From the NCBI RefSeq assembly GCF_009914755.1, contig NC_060932.1: a stretch of DNA of 64,000 nt; one strand, 5' to 3'. Under the pieces are notes generated by a model. That model searched no databases and had not been told where the DNA came from. It saw nothing but the letters and a program-made list of their open reading frames with translations. The stretch comes from the human T2T-CHM13v2.0 reference genome, Homo sapiens. Positions 41,245-59,553 of the stretch are shown piece by piece (position 1 is the stretch's first letter; each line of letters begins with the position of its first letter). The position numbers and the translations under genes were made by a program.

Positions 41245-44200
41245 CTTTGTCCATTCATCTATTGTTAGACACTTAGGGTGATTCCATGTCTTGGCTATTA
41301 TGAATAGTACTGGAATGAACATGGGGGTGCCAACATCTTTTCAATATACTGATTTGCTTTCTTTTGGATAAATATCCAGCAGTGAAATTGCTAGTTCCTA
41401 TGGTAGTTCTATTTTTAGTTTTTTGAAGAACCTGCATAGTTTTTTGTTTTCCACAGTGGATGTACTGATTCACATTCCCACCAACAGTGTACAAACATTC
41501 CTTTTTCTCTACATCCTCATCAGCATGCATTCTTTTTTGTCTTTTTGATAAAAGCCATTTTAACTGGGGTGAGATGATATCTCATTGTGGTTTTGATTTG
41601 CAGTTTCTTATCATTAATGATCTTGAGCATATACACAATGGAATATTATTCAGCCATAAACAATGAGATTCTGTCATTTGCAACAACATGAGCAACAAGC
41701 AGAAGTGATTATGTTAAGTGAAATAAGCCATGCATAGAAAGACAAATATCATGTGAGAACTAAAAATATTGATCTCATGAAGATACAGTAAAATTATGGT
41801 TACCAGAAGCAGGGAAAGGTAGTAAGGAAGGTTTGGTTAGTGGGTACAATTATACAGTTAGATAGAAAGAATACAATCTGGTATTCGACAGCACAATAGG
41901 GTGACTATAGTTAACAATAATTTGGGAGACAGAGCAAGATGACTGGGAAGAAGCCTCCACTGATTGTCCTCTCTGCAGGAACACAATAATGAACAACTAT
42001 CCACACAAAAAAAGCACCTTCATAAAACAAAAACATCAGATGAATGATTACAATACCTGGTTTAACTTCATATCTTGGAAAGAGGCCCTGAAGAGCATAG
42101 GAAAGATAGTCTTGAATCACTGATGCCACCCAAAGCCCATCCTCTGGGCAGTGCCTTTGTGGCAGGAAGAGAGAATGTTTGCCCTTAGGGATGGGAGAGT
42201 GCAGAAATTGTGGAGCTTTGTGTTGGAACTCAGTGCTATCCTGTCACAGCAGAAAGCAACACAAGGCAGAACTCAGTCGGCACCCACAGAAGGAGCATTT
42301 AGACAAGCCCTAGCCAGAGGGGAATCACCCATCCCAGTGGTTGGAACCTGAGTTCTGGCAAGCATTGCCACTGTGGGCAAAAGTGCTCTGGTGTTCTGAA
42401 TAAATCTGAAAGGCAGTCTAGGCCACAGGTACTGCAATTTCTTGGCAAGTCCTGATGCAGCGCTGAGCTCAGAACCACGAACTTGGTGGTCACATGACCC
42501 AGTGAGATGCCAGCCAGGAAAACCAAGAAAGTGTGTGCATCACCTGTCCCCAAACCAAGGCAGAAAAATTTGCAGCTTCGAAAGAGACTCCTTCCTTCCA
42601 CTTGAGAAGAGGGCAAAAAGAGTAAAGAGGACTTTGTCTTACAACTTGAATACAGCTCAGCCGCAGTAGTATAGTGTACTGGGTAGAGTACTGAGGTCCC
42701 ATTCCTGGTCCTAGCTCCCAAATGGCACGTCCTGGGTCAGAAGGGAACTTGCTGCCTTGAAGGAAAAGACCAAGTCTGCAGGATTCATCATCTACTGACT
42801 AAAGAGCCCTTGGGCCCTGAATAGTCAGCCGTGATAGCCAGGCAGTACTTTCTGTGGGCCTTGGGGGAGACTCAGAGATGTGCTGGCTTCAGGTTCAACA
42901 TAGCACGTTCCCAGCTGTGCTGGCTATTGAGAGAGAACACTTCTATTTGAGAAAAGGAGAGGGAAGAATAAGGGAACTTTGTCTTGCAGCTTAGGTACCA
43001 GCTCGGCCACAGTTGAGTAGAGCACCAGGCAGGCTCTTAGGGTCTCCAGTGTTAGGCTTTGGTTCTTGCATGGCATTTCTGGACCTGTTTTTGGCCAGAG
43101 AGAAGCCCATTGCCCTGCAGGGAGAGTACCAGGCCAGGCAACATTTACCACAAGCTGACTAAAGAGCCCTTGGGCCTTGAGTGAACATCAGTGGTAGCCT
43201 GATAGTACTCACCATGGTCCTGGTGCAGTAGTGGCCATGGAAAAAGACTACTTGGCTTGTGGAAAGATGAGGGAAGAGCAGGAAGGGCTTTGTCTTGTGG
43301 CTTGGGTGCCAGCTCAGCTGCAGTAGAATAGAGCAGCAAGTAGGTTCCTAAGATTTCCAAGGTAACTTTCATTTGCTCCCAGATGGCATTTCTGGACCCA
43401 GGGCAGGGGGTACTCACTGTCCTCAAAGGAAGGACATGAGCCTGGCTGGCTTTGACACCTGCTGATTGTAGAGACCTAGGCCCTTGAGTGAACATAGGTG
43501 GTAGCCAGAAAGTGGTTACCATGGGACTTGGGCAAAATACAATGCTGTGCTGGTTTCAGGTCTGATCCAGCACAATACCAGTGGTGGTGGCCATGGAGGT
43601 GCTTGTGTCATCCCCCACAGCTCCAGGCAGCTCAGCACAGAGAGAAACTCTGTTTGTTTGGGAGAGAGTAAGGGAAAAGAACAAGAGTCTTTGCCTGGTA
43701 GTCAAGGGAATTCTTCCAGGTCTTTGTCAAGACCATCAAGGTGGTACCTTTTTGAGTCTGCAAGAGCCACAGCATTATTGGGCTGGAGGTGCCCTCTAAT
43801 TCAGATATGGCTACAGTGACCTAAAATTAGATTATAGCACTCAAGTTCCCTTGAATAGCTGAAAAACCTTCCTAAGGAGCATGGGTACAAACAAACTCAG
43901 ACTGTGAAGACTACAATGAATACTGAAGTCTTCAACATGCAGACACTGGTGGATATTCACAAGCATGAAGACTAATCAAGAAAACATGACAACACGAAAT
44001 AAACTAAATAAGGCACTAGAGACCAATCTTGGAGAAACAGAGATGTGTGACCTTTTAGACAGAGAACCCAAAATAATTGTTCTGAGAAAACTCAACCGAA
44101 TTTAAGATAACACAAATAAGGAATTCAAAATCTTATCAGATAAATTAATGGAAATATTGAAATAATTTTCAAGCATCAGGCTAAAATTCTAGAACTGAAA

Positions 44201-44571
44201 AATATAATTGACATACAGAAGAATGCATTCAGAGTCTCTTAATAGCAGACTGTTCAAGCAGAAAAAAATTAATGAGCTCAAAAACAGGCTACTTGAAAAT
44301 GCATAGTCAAAGGAGACAAATGAAAAAAGAATTAAAAGAGTGAAGCATGCATATAATATCTAGAACATAGCCTCAAAATGGTATACCTGAGAGTGTTTAG
44401 CCTTAAGGAGGAGGTAGAGAGGGAGATAGGGGTAGAAGGTTTATTCAAAGGAATAATAACAGAAAAATTCCCAAACCTAGATAGGGAAAGATACAATACT
44501 CAAGCACAAGAAGATTATAAAACACAAGGCAGATTTAACCCAAAGAAGATCACCTGGAGACATTTAATACT

Positions 44572-47262
<2,691 letters not shown>

Positions 47263-47672
47263 ATAGTCAAACACCCAAAGATTCAGGATAAAGAAAGGAT
47301 CCTAAAAGAGCTAGAGAAAAAACAAAACAAACAACTAGTATACAATGAAGCTCCAATATGTCTGGCAGCAGACTTTTCAGTGGAAACCTTATGGCCAGAG
47401 GAGAGTGACCTGAGATATTTAAAGTGTGGAAGTAAAAAAACTTTTATTCTACAATAGTATATCCAGCAAAGATATCCTTCAAACATGAAGAAGAAATAAA
47501 GACTTTCCCCACTAACATAAGCTGGAGGATTTCATCAACACCAGACCCGTCTAACACGCAATGCTAAAAGTAGTTCTCCAATCTGAAAGAAAAGGACTTC
47601 AATTGGAACAAGAAATCATCTGAAGGTGGAAAATTCACTGGTAATAGTAAGTACACTTACTTGTCTAGTCAA

Positions 47673-48065
47673 TTGTTCTGTGAACATTGCTGTTATCCTG
47701 TTCTTTTTTCAAGGTGCCCAGATTTCACATTGTTCAAACACACATGCTCTACAATTTGTGCAGTTAACGCAATCATCACAGGGTCCTGAGGCGACATACA
47801 TCCTCCTCAGCTTACAAGATGACAGGATTAAGAGATTAAAGTAAAGACAGGCATAGGAAATCACAAGGGTATTGATTGGGGAAGTGATAAGTGTCCATGA
47901 AATCTTCACAATTTATGTTCAGAGATTGCAGTAAAGACAGGTGTAAGAAATTATAAAAGTATTAATTTGGTAACTAATAAATGTCCATGAAATCTTCACA
48001 ATTTATGTTCTTCTGCCATGGCTTCAGCAGGTCCCTCTGTTCGGGGTTCCTGACTTCCCGCAACA
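47673..48065 (-). mobile_element. MER11 LTR, 5' ~390 bp only
   Basis: Closely matches 16304-16699 in this window; ends gacttcccgcaaca. Confidence 0.92.
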
Positions 48066-50119
48066 TTCTGTGAACTAATTGTTGACAAAATTGCAAAGAT
48101 GATACATTGGGTAAAGCACAATCTCTTCAATAAACAGTACTGGGAAAACTGGACATCCATATGCAGAAGAATGAAACTAGACCCCTCTCTCTCATTATGT
48201 GCAAAAATCGAACTGAAGTGGATCAAAGACTTAAATCCAATACTTCAGACTATGAGGCTAATAAAAGAAAACATTGGGGAAACTCTCTAGGACACTGGAC
48301 TGGGCAATTAGTTCTTAAGTAATACCCCATAAGCACAGGAAACCAAAGCAGAAATGGACAAATGGGATCACATCAAGTTAAAAGGCGTCTGCACAGCAAA
48401 GGAAATAATCAACAAAATGAAAAGACAACCCACAGAATGGGAGAAAATTTTTGCAAACTAATTAACCAGAATATATAAGGTGCTCAAACAACTCTATAGG
48501 AAAATATCTAATAATCTGATTTTAAAACAGGCAAAAGATATGATGACATTTCTCAAAAGAAAATATACAAAAGGCAAAGAGGTATATGAAAAGATTCCCA
48601 ACTCATTGGCCATCAGAGAAATGCAAATTGAGACCACAATGAGAGACCATACAACCCCATAAAAGTTAAAATGGCTTTTATCCAAAAGACAGGCAATAAC
48701 AAAGGCTGGTGAGGATATAGAGAAGAGAACCCTCATACACTGTTGGTGGGAATATAAATTAGTATGACCACTATGGCAAACGGTTTGGAGATTCCTCAAA
48801 AAAACTAAAATTTGAGCTAGCATATGATCTAGCAATCCCACTCTTAGCTATATATCCAAAAGAAAGGAAATCAGGATATCGAGAAGATATCTGTACTTCC
48901 ATGTTTATTGCAGCACTATTCACAATAATCAAGGTTTGGAAGTATATAAAATGTCCATCAACAGAACGAATGGATAAAGAAAATGTGGTACATATACACA
49001 ATAGATTTCTTTTCAGACATTAAAAAACAATGAGATCCTGTCATTTGCAACAACATGGATGGAACTAGAGTTCATTATGTTAGGTGAAATAAGCCAGGTA
49101 CAGAAAAACAAACTTCACATGTTCTCACTTATTTGTGGAAGCTAAAAAATTAAAGCAATTAAACTCACAGAGATAGAGAATATAATGATGGTACTGGAGG
49201 TTGGGAAGGGAATTGCGAGTGGGGGAGGTGGGGTTGGCTAACGGGTGCAATACTATAGTTAGATAGAATGAATAAGATCTAGTATTTGATAGCACAACAA
49301 GTTGACTACAGTCAACAATAATTTATTGTACATTTCAAAATAAGAGTATAACTGGATTGTTTGAAACACAAAGAAAGGACAAATGCTTGGGGTGATGGAT
49401 ATCCCATTTACCTGATATGATTATGTACCGAATGCCTGTATCAAAATATATCATGTACCCCGTAAATATATACACCTACCATGTATCCACGAAAATAAAT
49501 AATAATAATTTATTGTATATTTTAAAATAACTACAGGAGTAGAATTGGAATTTTCTTACCACAAGGAAACAATAAATGTTTAAGGGGATGGATATCCCAT
49601 GTACACAGATTTGATCATTGCACATTGTATGCTTATATCAAAATATCACATGTGCACCATAAATATGCAAAAATATTATACATCAATAAAAATTTAAAAA
49701 GAAAAAAATGATTGGTCTTGGATTGGTTTTTGTTGAACTGCCTGACTGCTACATCGATTTTATTACCTTATTTTTCCTACTTGTTTAAACGTTTTATTTA
49801 AAAAATTTTATTAAAAATATTGAGCAAATTGTTCTGGGTGTAATAATATAGTCATTCATATACTAAGCATAATTGTATTATTTGATATTGCTTTAGTATT
49901 CTATAATTTAAAATAATTTCCCCAGTATTAAAAATTATCATTAATGCCATCATTGTATGTGTGGCCACTGAAGCTTCTCCTAAATAATTTACCCAAAGTT
50001 ACAAATTTGGAGTCAGTTTTCCTTTCTATTTTACTCAACGTCGTAAGTTTTATAGGTGCTTTCCTGATATCGTATTTGCAATTTTTTTACTAATTTGCTT
50101 ACATATAAAATAATTGTTG

Positions 50120-50520
50120 TGTACATTTCATATACTAGATACTATGCTAGTTGTTAGGGATTCAATGATAAGAATCAGATCTCCAGTTCAGGGAGAGACA
50201 GTCAATGGAGAAACCAAAAATCCCAAAGTAATGTAGTAAGTGTTGTGACAATGGTTAGCACACAGGGTAATAATGACAGCACTTAGAAAGCCGCAGAGTG
50301 TGAAGCTAGTGATACCTCATCTGAATCACAAATGATTGAGTGTGTTGAGGGGACATTCCAAAGACAATAGCTTGCATGAGCTTTTGGCCATGGGAGAAAA
50401 GTACCTTGTCTTTCTAGATACACCAAACAGAGCAGTTTGACTGGAGCACAGTGAGTAAGAAGGAAGCAGTGACAAACAGGTGACAGAAAAGTTACAGAGC
50501 AGGTCATGAAAGATAAGCAT
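50120..50520 (-). mobile_element. L2 fragment
   Basis: tactatgctagttgttaggga...agagcagtttgactggagcacagtgagt. Confidence 0.6.
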
Positions 50521-52132
50521 ATCCCCCAATATAAGGAAACAGAAAACAGAAAAAGGAACAGGTTGGACTGAAGGATAATCAGGTTGTCACACCGTATGTC
50601 AAGTCTAAGTTTCTTAAGGACGTCCATGGGAGAAGTTAGATGGGTCAGAAAACCAGAAGAAAGATCTAATCTAAAGACATGTTAAAATAGTTGATGGTAT
50701 ATAAACGGAAGTGGAGGTTTTGGATTTAATAACACAGAGTGATTTAAGATTAAATTTGGACACCTGGGAGCAGAGGAATGTGATTAATAAGGGGAAATGG
50801 AGCAGGAAGAGGAATGAGCTAAAGGCATATTTGGCTAGCTTTGAGATTGGAATTTAGCTGATCATGCTATGAGCATTATATTCTGTGTCTACAATGGAAC
50901 TCTGCAATCATGCACGTTCTTACAAACCTCTGCCAGATAGAGATCAAAGGAGATTGTAATGTTGGTCCAAAGCGACAGGAGATACATCATTGCTTCCTCA
51001 GACTAACTCTTATCTTCTCATGCATAAGACATTACTGCTTGGTTCTGGCTGATATGGCTTTGATTTGTCTAAGTCTGGAGAAATTGGCATTTGATTAACA
51101 CATAATATTAATACAATGAAAACATTGTATCATATTATGCTGACTTTAGATGTACTTTGAATAACTTTTTAAATTTTATTATTTCTCTGTGAATTTTAAG
51201 AATTATTGTGAAAGATGTTTGGATATATTCAGGTCTCCATGCTTGTCAAATTCCATTTTATATTTGATTATTAATGACTCATTTCACAACGGTTCCTAAA
51301 TTTAGAATCAATCACATTGAAAAATCAGATGTTTTTACTATGTACAAGGCAATATTTACAAAATGGAGAAGTATTATATGCTCAGCCGTTTTCTCTCCTC
51401 CTGTTCTGAATCCTTATGGAAGGGGGTTCTTTTAGCATAACATACACTAAGAAAAATATTCAGTAATTAGCAGGAGAAAATTTGCTTCACTCTGAAAGAG
51501 CCAAACTATGCAAGCCAACTTCTAAGGAAAATTGCTAATATAAATGGACTGGAAGAATTGATCGTTGCCTCAACAGAACAGTATAAACCGGCTAAGCTCT
51601 TCGAGAATTTGTAAGAATAAAAGGTAAAATTGCAGATATAAATTCATAGTCATTCCAGTACATTATAGAGATTCCAAAATTGAGGAAAAGGATTGTGGAA
51701 ATACTGGGTTGCCCCTCCCTGACCTCGTATTGCCTAATAAGCACTTTCCTCAGTATGGCTAATGAAAGCCTCTATTACAAGACAAAAATGAAAGCTCTGC
51801 CTCTTATGACAATAAAAAGATAGTTACTAAGTAATAAGCAATTACCAGAAGTGTATGTTTTGATGTAAATTTCCAGAATCTATCAGTTGTTACAGACTTT
51901 AATCTTAAATTTTACCTTTGAAATTATGACATCATTGATCAATCAAAACTACCTGAGCTGAAATGTGTAGAGTATGACATGTAATATAACCATCTGATGT
52001 TTGCTCTAGATATCTATAAAGACATTGCTCAATTTCCTCATCAGAAAAATTGAGCATCCAAGAGCACTTTTTGACCTCAGATCAGAAGTAAAAGAAAGTT
52101 CTCCTTTGTTGAACAAAAGCCTTCCTCCACAT

Positions 52133-52673
52133 CAGGGGTCCCCAACTCCCAGGCCACAGACCAGTACCCATCCTTGGCCTGTTAGGAACCAGGCCACAGA
52201 GCAGGAGGTAAGTGGTAAGCAAGTGCAGCTTCATCTGTATTTACAGACAGTTCCCATCACTGGCATTACCACCTGAGCTCAGCCTCCTGTCAGGTAAGCA
52301 GCAACATTAGATTCTTATAGGAGCTCGAACACTATTATGAACTGTACATGTGAGGGTCTAGGTTGCATGTACCTTATGAGAATCTAATGGCAGTGATGGG
52401 GACATTGTCTCTCATCACCCCAAGATGGAACCATCTAGTTGCAGGAAAATAAGCTCAGGGCTCCCACTGATTCTACATTATGGTGAATTGTATAATTATT
52501 TCACTATATATTACAGTGTAATATATAATGAAATGTAATAATAACAGAAATAAAGTGCACAATAAATGTAATGCACTTGAATCATCCAAAAACCACCCCC
52601 TGCCAACACCCAGCTACGGAAAAACTGTCTTTGATGAAACCAGTCCCTGGTGCCAAAAGTTTGGGGACTGCTG
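52133..52673 (+). mobile_element. MER1A hAT-Charlie MITE
   Basis: TIRs caggggtccccaac / gtttggggactgctg; 8-bp TSD ctccacat/ctctacac. Confidence 0.9.
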
Positions 52674-53058
52674 CTCTACACATTCTTACTTAATAGTATT
52701 TGTTTGTGATAGATTTGAAACTTGATACATAAAGCAATATAATGTGGAAATCATTTATACATGGCATCCATTTAAATAATTGACGACATCTACCATATCC
52801 CCTGCTCAAGACAACTATTTTCTAACCCATACAACTTTGTTACTTCATATATTAACTAATTGTGTGACAGTTATTGTATCAGCATAAAGAATTTTGGCCC
52901 AGAAGTTTTTTGTTTGGTTTTAACATTTCTTCTGTAGCATCAGTTTCTATATTAAATAATTTATCTCAAAATAGATTCATGTAGGAAAAAAAACCCCACA
53001 AATTTTAGCTCCCTAATAAGGGTAGAGAGGCCATGGCATAGAAAGCCTAGAGGAAATC

Positions 53059-53366
53059 GGCTGGGCACAGTGGCTCACGCCTGTAATCACAGCACTTTGG
53101 GAGGCCGAGGTGGGAGGATCACCTGAGGTCAGGAATTCAAGACAAGCCTGACCAACATGGAGAAATCCCTTCTCCACTAAAACTACAAAAAAATTAGCCG
53201 GGCGTGGTGGTGCATGCCTGTAATCCCCATCTACTCGGGAGGCTAAGGCAGGAGAAGCGCTTGAACACGGGAGGCAGAGGTTGCAGTGAGCCAAGATCGC
53301 CATTGCACTCCAGCCTAGGTGACAAGAGCAAAACTCTATCTCAAAAAAAAAAAAAAAAAAAAAAAA
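53059..53366 (+). mobile_element. Alu, AluSp-like
   Basis: ctgaccaacatggaga, gccattgcac; perfect 17-bp TSD aaagcctagaggaaatc. Confidence 0.96.
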
Positions 53367-54547
53367 AAAGCCTAGAGGAAATCAATAGATCTCAAATTTA
53401 AGTCATTCTTGGATATTGAGATTCAAAACTATACATAAATATTTAAAGTTATTCTCAAAGGGGAAGATACATAATTAAAAAGTTAAAATTAAAAGCAAAC
53501 CTATGTTAACATCTCAAATTATTTTTAAAACACTAAGAAATAGTGACAGAGAAGAAATATAAATATTTGCCAAATTGAAATCGAGGGACAATTTAATTTT
53601 TAACTTTAACAATAGCTAATGTAGACAGTGTTTGAAAGAATAAATGTATTCATATTTAAACAAGGTTGTGTTTTTTGTTCAAAGCATGGGAGAAGATTAA
53701 AGTAAACATAACTTGGAAAAGGAGAGGTTTAAAAAGAGGCATTTAGTGAAAGTTTGTTAAAAAAAAGATAAATACAAAAATAAGCTAAAGCATAAAGAGA
53801 TGGCTTCTTTGAAAATAGTTGAGAAACAAACAAATGTAAATGGTTTAAATTCTTTAAATAAATATTTTTGCAGGCTAAAAAGCAATTATCTAAATATTTA
53901 TTGCTTTGAAGGAACACAATTAAAATAACTAATACATAACATTTTCATTTATTTGTTTTGTTTGTTTTCATATTTTGTGTTAAAATAAACATTAGAAAAA
54001 AGACAGCACTGAATATATTAATGTCAGTAAAAAGAGTGCAATAGAAAATACTAAACTGGGTCAAGATATCATTTTATAATTTTATTAGCTGGATGACATA
54101 CTCAAATGGGCCTATCTGAAGAAAAATAATAAGAAAAAACTATTTAAAAGGCAGTGAGCAGGAATAAGGAAACCAAACAACAAAGCTGGTAAAGTCTCCA
54201 GGGACTAGCCAATGAAGGAAATTGCCACCACTCTTAGTCCTAAAGAACAATTGGTATTACAGAACCTTCTCAAACCAGAAAGAATTTCAGCCATTGCCTT
54301 CACCTTAGCCAGGCAGGAAGGTAGCAGGAGGAATAAATAATTGCCTTCACTCTCCTCCTACATTGGACCCTTTATAAGTGCCTTTCATTGGCTGAAACCA
54401 AAGGTGAGAGGCAAGATTGTAGAGAAGAATTTCTGAAGGGCTCAGAACACAGTGAGGGCAGAAAAATATGAAGGGACAGATGCAGGGGGTAGGGAATAGA
54501 GAGATGGAACTTTCATTTCCTTATGTCATTCAACATCTCATCTAGCA

Positions 54548-54602
54548 CTGTGTGTGTGTGTATGTGTGTGTGTGTGTATGCACTTGTGCATGTATGTATA
54601 TA
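54548..54602. repeat. (TG)n microsatellite
   Basis: Direct reading. Confidence 0.9.
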
Positions 54603-54779
54603 GAACCTCCTTTCCTAACTTTTGGGAAACATGAGGAGCCATCAGATAATGTATTTGGGCAGTGTGATTTCTGTCCCCAACTCAGGGAAAATGTGAAGTG
54701 CTGTCAGACAATGTATCATGGCAGTGTAATCTCAATTCAGCCATGTTCTTTCCTGGAACAGAAACTGTAATGTTAGCTG

Positions 54780-55760
54780 TTACCCGTAGATTTCTACTAT
54801 GTAACACAATGAAATAACATAAAACACAGTTGCTACAGTTTCAAAATCTGTAGATGATCATGAGGGATAATTGAGATCACAGTATCTTTTTTCTACCATA
54901 GTTCCATATTTTCCTTATCTTCTTCCAGCATCTCAGCTAGGTGGTTTTTCATTATTGTTTAAACTGATGGGTGAATCAAATCTTTATTCCCGTAGAATCA
55001 TCCAAGACTTGTTGTCCACTCTTTATCATACTGCTGTAGATTCCAATTGACTATTACTACTGAAAGTGGAAGTATTAAGAAACAATCCAATAAAATCTTT
55101 GTTTTCCCCATTGAGTAACAGCAACCTGATTTCTTCAAACAAGTTTGAATCAATCATTTTCCAGTATAGTTCCTTATATTTTCCTGTTGGCTCTTTGGTA
55201 GGAAGAATCCAATGGGGTCAAAAGTAACCTCAATTTCTAATTAAATGAAAATCTTATTCCGTTCACTAGCAGAAGTGTACTTTCCTCGACACCATGGCAT
55301 CCAAATGTATATGGCTTTTGGCCAAGGAGATGGGAAGTAAAAATTGTACTAATGAGTTGTTTTATATAATAATGGAGGTTGACTCACGCCTCCTCCCCTT
55401 GATTTTCAGAACCTCAGATTTTGGTCTTCAGAAAAATAACACTATATATTGGTTTAAATATAATATTTTCAAGCATGGGTCATATTTGTCAGGAAAACAA
55501 ATAACCAAATAGGATGTATTTCCTCTACAGTGAAAATAGACAAGGCAAGCCCATAAATGGTCATGCTGGTAGAAGCAATGCAGGCAGAGATGGAAGCTTT
55601 ATTTTGAAATATGCATATATTCTTATAAGGACAATTTTCTGCCTCTCATCAATTTGCCATTAGGGGACTCATTGGTCCCTGCCTGGAGAGTGATGATTGG
55701 ACACCCCATTGACATTTTCAATTGGCAGGTTTAACACTCAGCGGTAACAGCCAGTTTATA
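54780..55760 (-). mobile_element. Ancient ERVL internal fragment (integrase region)
   Basis: Minus strand LAVTAEC*TCQ zinc-finger remnant and WQID-like codons; gaaatcaggttgctgttactcaatgggg. Confidence 0.6.
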
Positions 55761-56505
55761 TAGAAAGGGCATAACAAGGAAGTCAGGAGTGTTCAGGGGC
55801 AGAAGATAAACATCTTGCCCTCTGATCTCCTGTTATTGGCCAAAGTCAACTATAATCTAGAGAATACAGGAGCTTAAATTATATAGTCAGCAATGGTCAA
55901 CCTTCCAGGGCAAAGGAAGGGCCTGGAGATAGGAAGACAAATAGAAAACAATTTACAATATTCAAATAACATTATAATTGTTTCCACATCAACTGCATGA
56001 TTGCCATAAGTTTTATATTATGAATCAGAACAAATAAGCATAAGCATTAAAATCTGAATACATAGGATAGATTCAGGCCTCTTCTCTATTCTCCATACAT
56101 GCATAATAAATCTGATAGAAAATAATGCAAATATTCATTCTTGCTACCTTTGGATGTTGTGATTATGAGTGACTTTTTTTCTAGGACATTGATTTATTTC
56201 TATTAGTTATGCTGATTTTATGTGATTACTCATGCTTAGGAAGCCTTGAGTTTGTTGTTTTGTTTTAAATAATTTTGGATCATGTCATGACATTGCTTCC
56301 ATTCCAAGTTCAGATTTCTCACTTGAGAAAAAATATGTTTTTAGGTTGAGCATATATAATCCATACTGCATATGTTTCATAATCTCTCTCACCATTTCAA
56401 TGTCAGTTTGAAAGTTTTAGCAAAGGTATGGGGCTCTTTTCACTGATGCTGTCACTGACTCAGCCACAAAGTTCAACTTCCTCTATTTGATCTACACTGT
56501 GGAGG

Positions 56506-56749
56506 TAATATGGTTTGGCTCAGTGTCCCCACCCAAATCTCACCTTGAATTGTAATCCTCATAATCCCCACAGGGGACGGCAGGACCTAGTAGGAGGTGA
56601 CTGGATCATGAGCATGGTTCCCCCGTGCTGCTCTCGTGATAGTGAGTTCTCCAGAGATCTGATGGCTTTATAAGGGGCTCTTCCCCCTTCACCTGGTGCC
56701 ATGTAAGACATGCCTTTGCTTCTCTCTTGCCTTCTGCCATGATTGTAAG
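56506..56749 (+). mobile_element. THE1/MST LTR, 3'-truncated
   Basis: atatggtttggctcagtgtccccacccaaatctcaccttgaattgtaat...ctgccatgattgtaag. Confidence 0.88.
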
Positions 56750-56784
56750 AGATAAATCTCTTTTGAAGTCTTCCAAACAATCCC

Positions 56785-56885
56785 AACATTTCTCATTTTA
56801 CAGATGAGGAAACAAGTTCAGCCTTGATAATGTGTCAAAAGTTTCCCATCTAGTAAGTGGCAAATATACATGACTCCCAAGCTTA
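56785..56885 (-). mobile_element. MIR fragment
   Basis: cattttacagatgaggaaac...ctagtaagtggc. Confidence 0.7.
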
Positions 56886-57459
56886 CAATGTTTCTTATGA
56901 CCCATGTGGCCTTTGGACATACAAAATGTATCTGTTCCTTTTTTTTTTTAACAAAGAAGAGAAGACACAAGTAATATATAAACTATGACATAATATAAAT
57001 ACCATATAAATGCATAAAGTTTGAAAATATAAACTGAATATTTTCTTTCTCTGTATCCTCATGGAGTTTTTGAGCATCTTCTCAGAAATAAAGCTATTTA
57101 CTCACCAATGTATTGGTTCACAAATATTCTATCTTAAAATCAAATCCTGACAAGTAAGGATTTCTATTCATCATTGATATTTGTTTATACTTAGCAGTCA
57201 ACAAAGTAACTCATGGGTAAAAATTGGTTTACAAATCTTCACTTTAAAATGACCGTCTTATGAATTATCATTGGATTTGTAAAAGTTACTGACTTTAAGA
57301 TAAGATGATAATGCTGTGAGAATGATGGAAAAACTATTTGTGACTCATGTTGTATTTTAGCAGTTTAGATAAAAATAAAATAAATCATTCTTAGATGCAG
57401 TCCTCCTATACTTGGAAAAGCATATATTTGAATAAGTATATAAAACTGAAGGCTTGAGT

Positions 57460-58820
<1,361 letters not shown>

Positions 58821-58840
58821 ACTGAAGAGCTGTATCAATA

Positions 58841-59055
58841 ACACAAAGAAGGGAACAATAGACATCGGGGCCTCCTAGAGGGTGGTGGGTGGAAGGAGGG
58901 TGAGGATCAAAAAACCATCTATCAGGTACTTTGCTTATTACCTGAATGACTAAATTGTCTGTACACCAAACTCCCATGACCCACAATGTACCCAAGTAAC
59001 AAACCTGCACATGTATCCCCTGAACCTAAAATAAGAATTGGAAACGAAAAAAAAA
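58841..59055 (+). mobile_element. L1PA15/16-like 3' end
   Basis: acacaaagaagggaacaatagac...aacaaacctgcacatgtatcccctgaacctaaaataa followed by an A tail. Confidence 0.88.
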
Positions 59056-59553
59056 TGTTGCACCAATACTTAAGTGACTTTTAAGGAAGAGTGCTGATAT
59101 CAATTGGTTGATTCATTCTAATATTGATACTCACTAAAAACAATTATGGCTACCTGGCTTATAATATTTGAGGACCATCACATGGCCTCCTGTTTTGGGA
59201 TCCTATAATCCTCATTGCTGTTAGTTAAGTCCAGATCTATAGCAGGATCACCTAGAACAAATCCTAGGCAAAAGAAATCCAACAAAAGAAAGTAGTATCG
59301 CTTTCATCATATTGTTTTGGCAAATGTAATATCCTCTGCAATGTCTCATGAAGCATAGTCATGTGGTAGGTTTTCTCACCTTGTCTATAATAGAAATCCT
59401 GTAACACTCACTACTTTAAGCCTGTTGTTTTCTTCTTTGCCTTCCTCAGCAGTTCATGCATTTCAGCTCCATATAGCCTAGGCCATCCCTTTCTCAAGTG
59501 AAATATAGTGGGATTGGGAGAATACAAAAATCAAAGTGTATAAAGGAATCATA

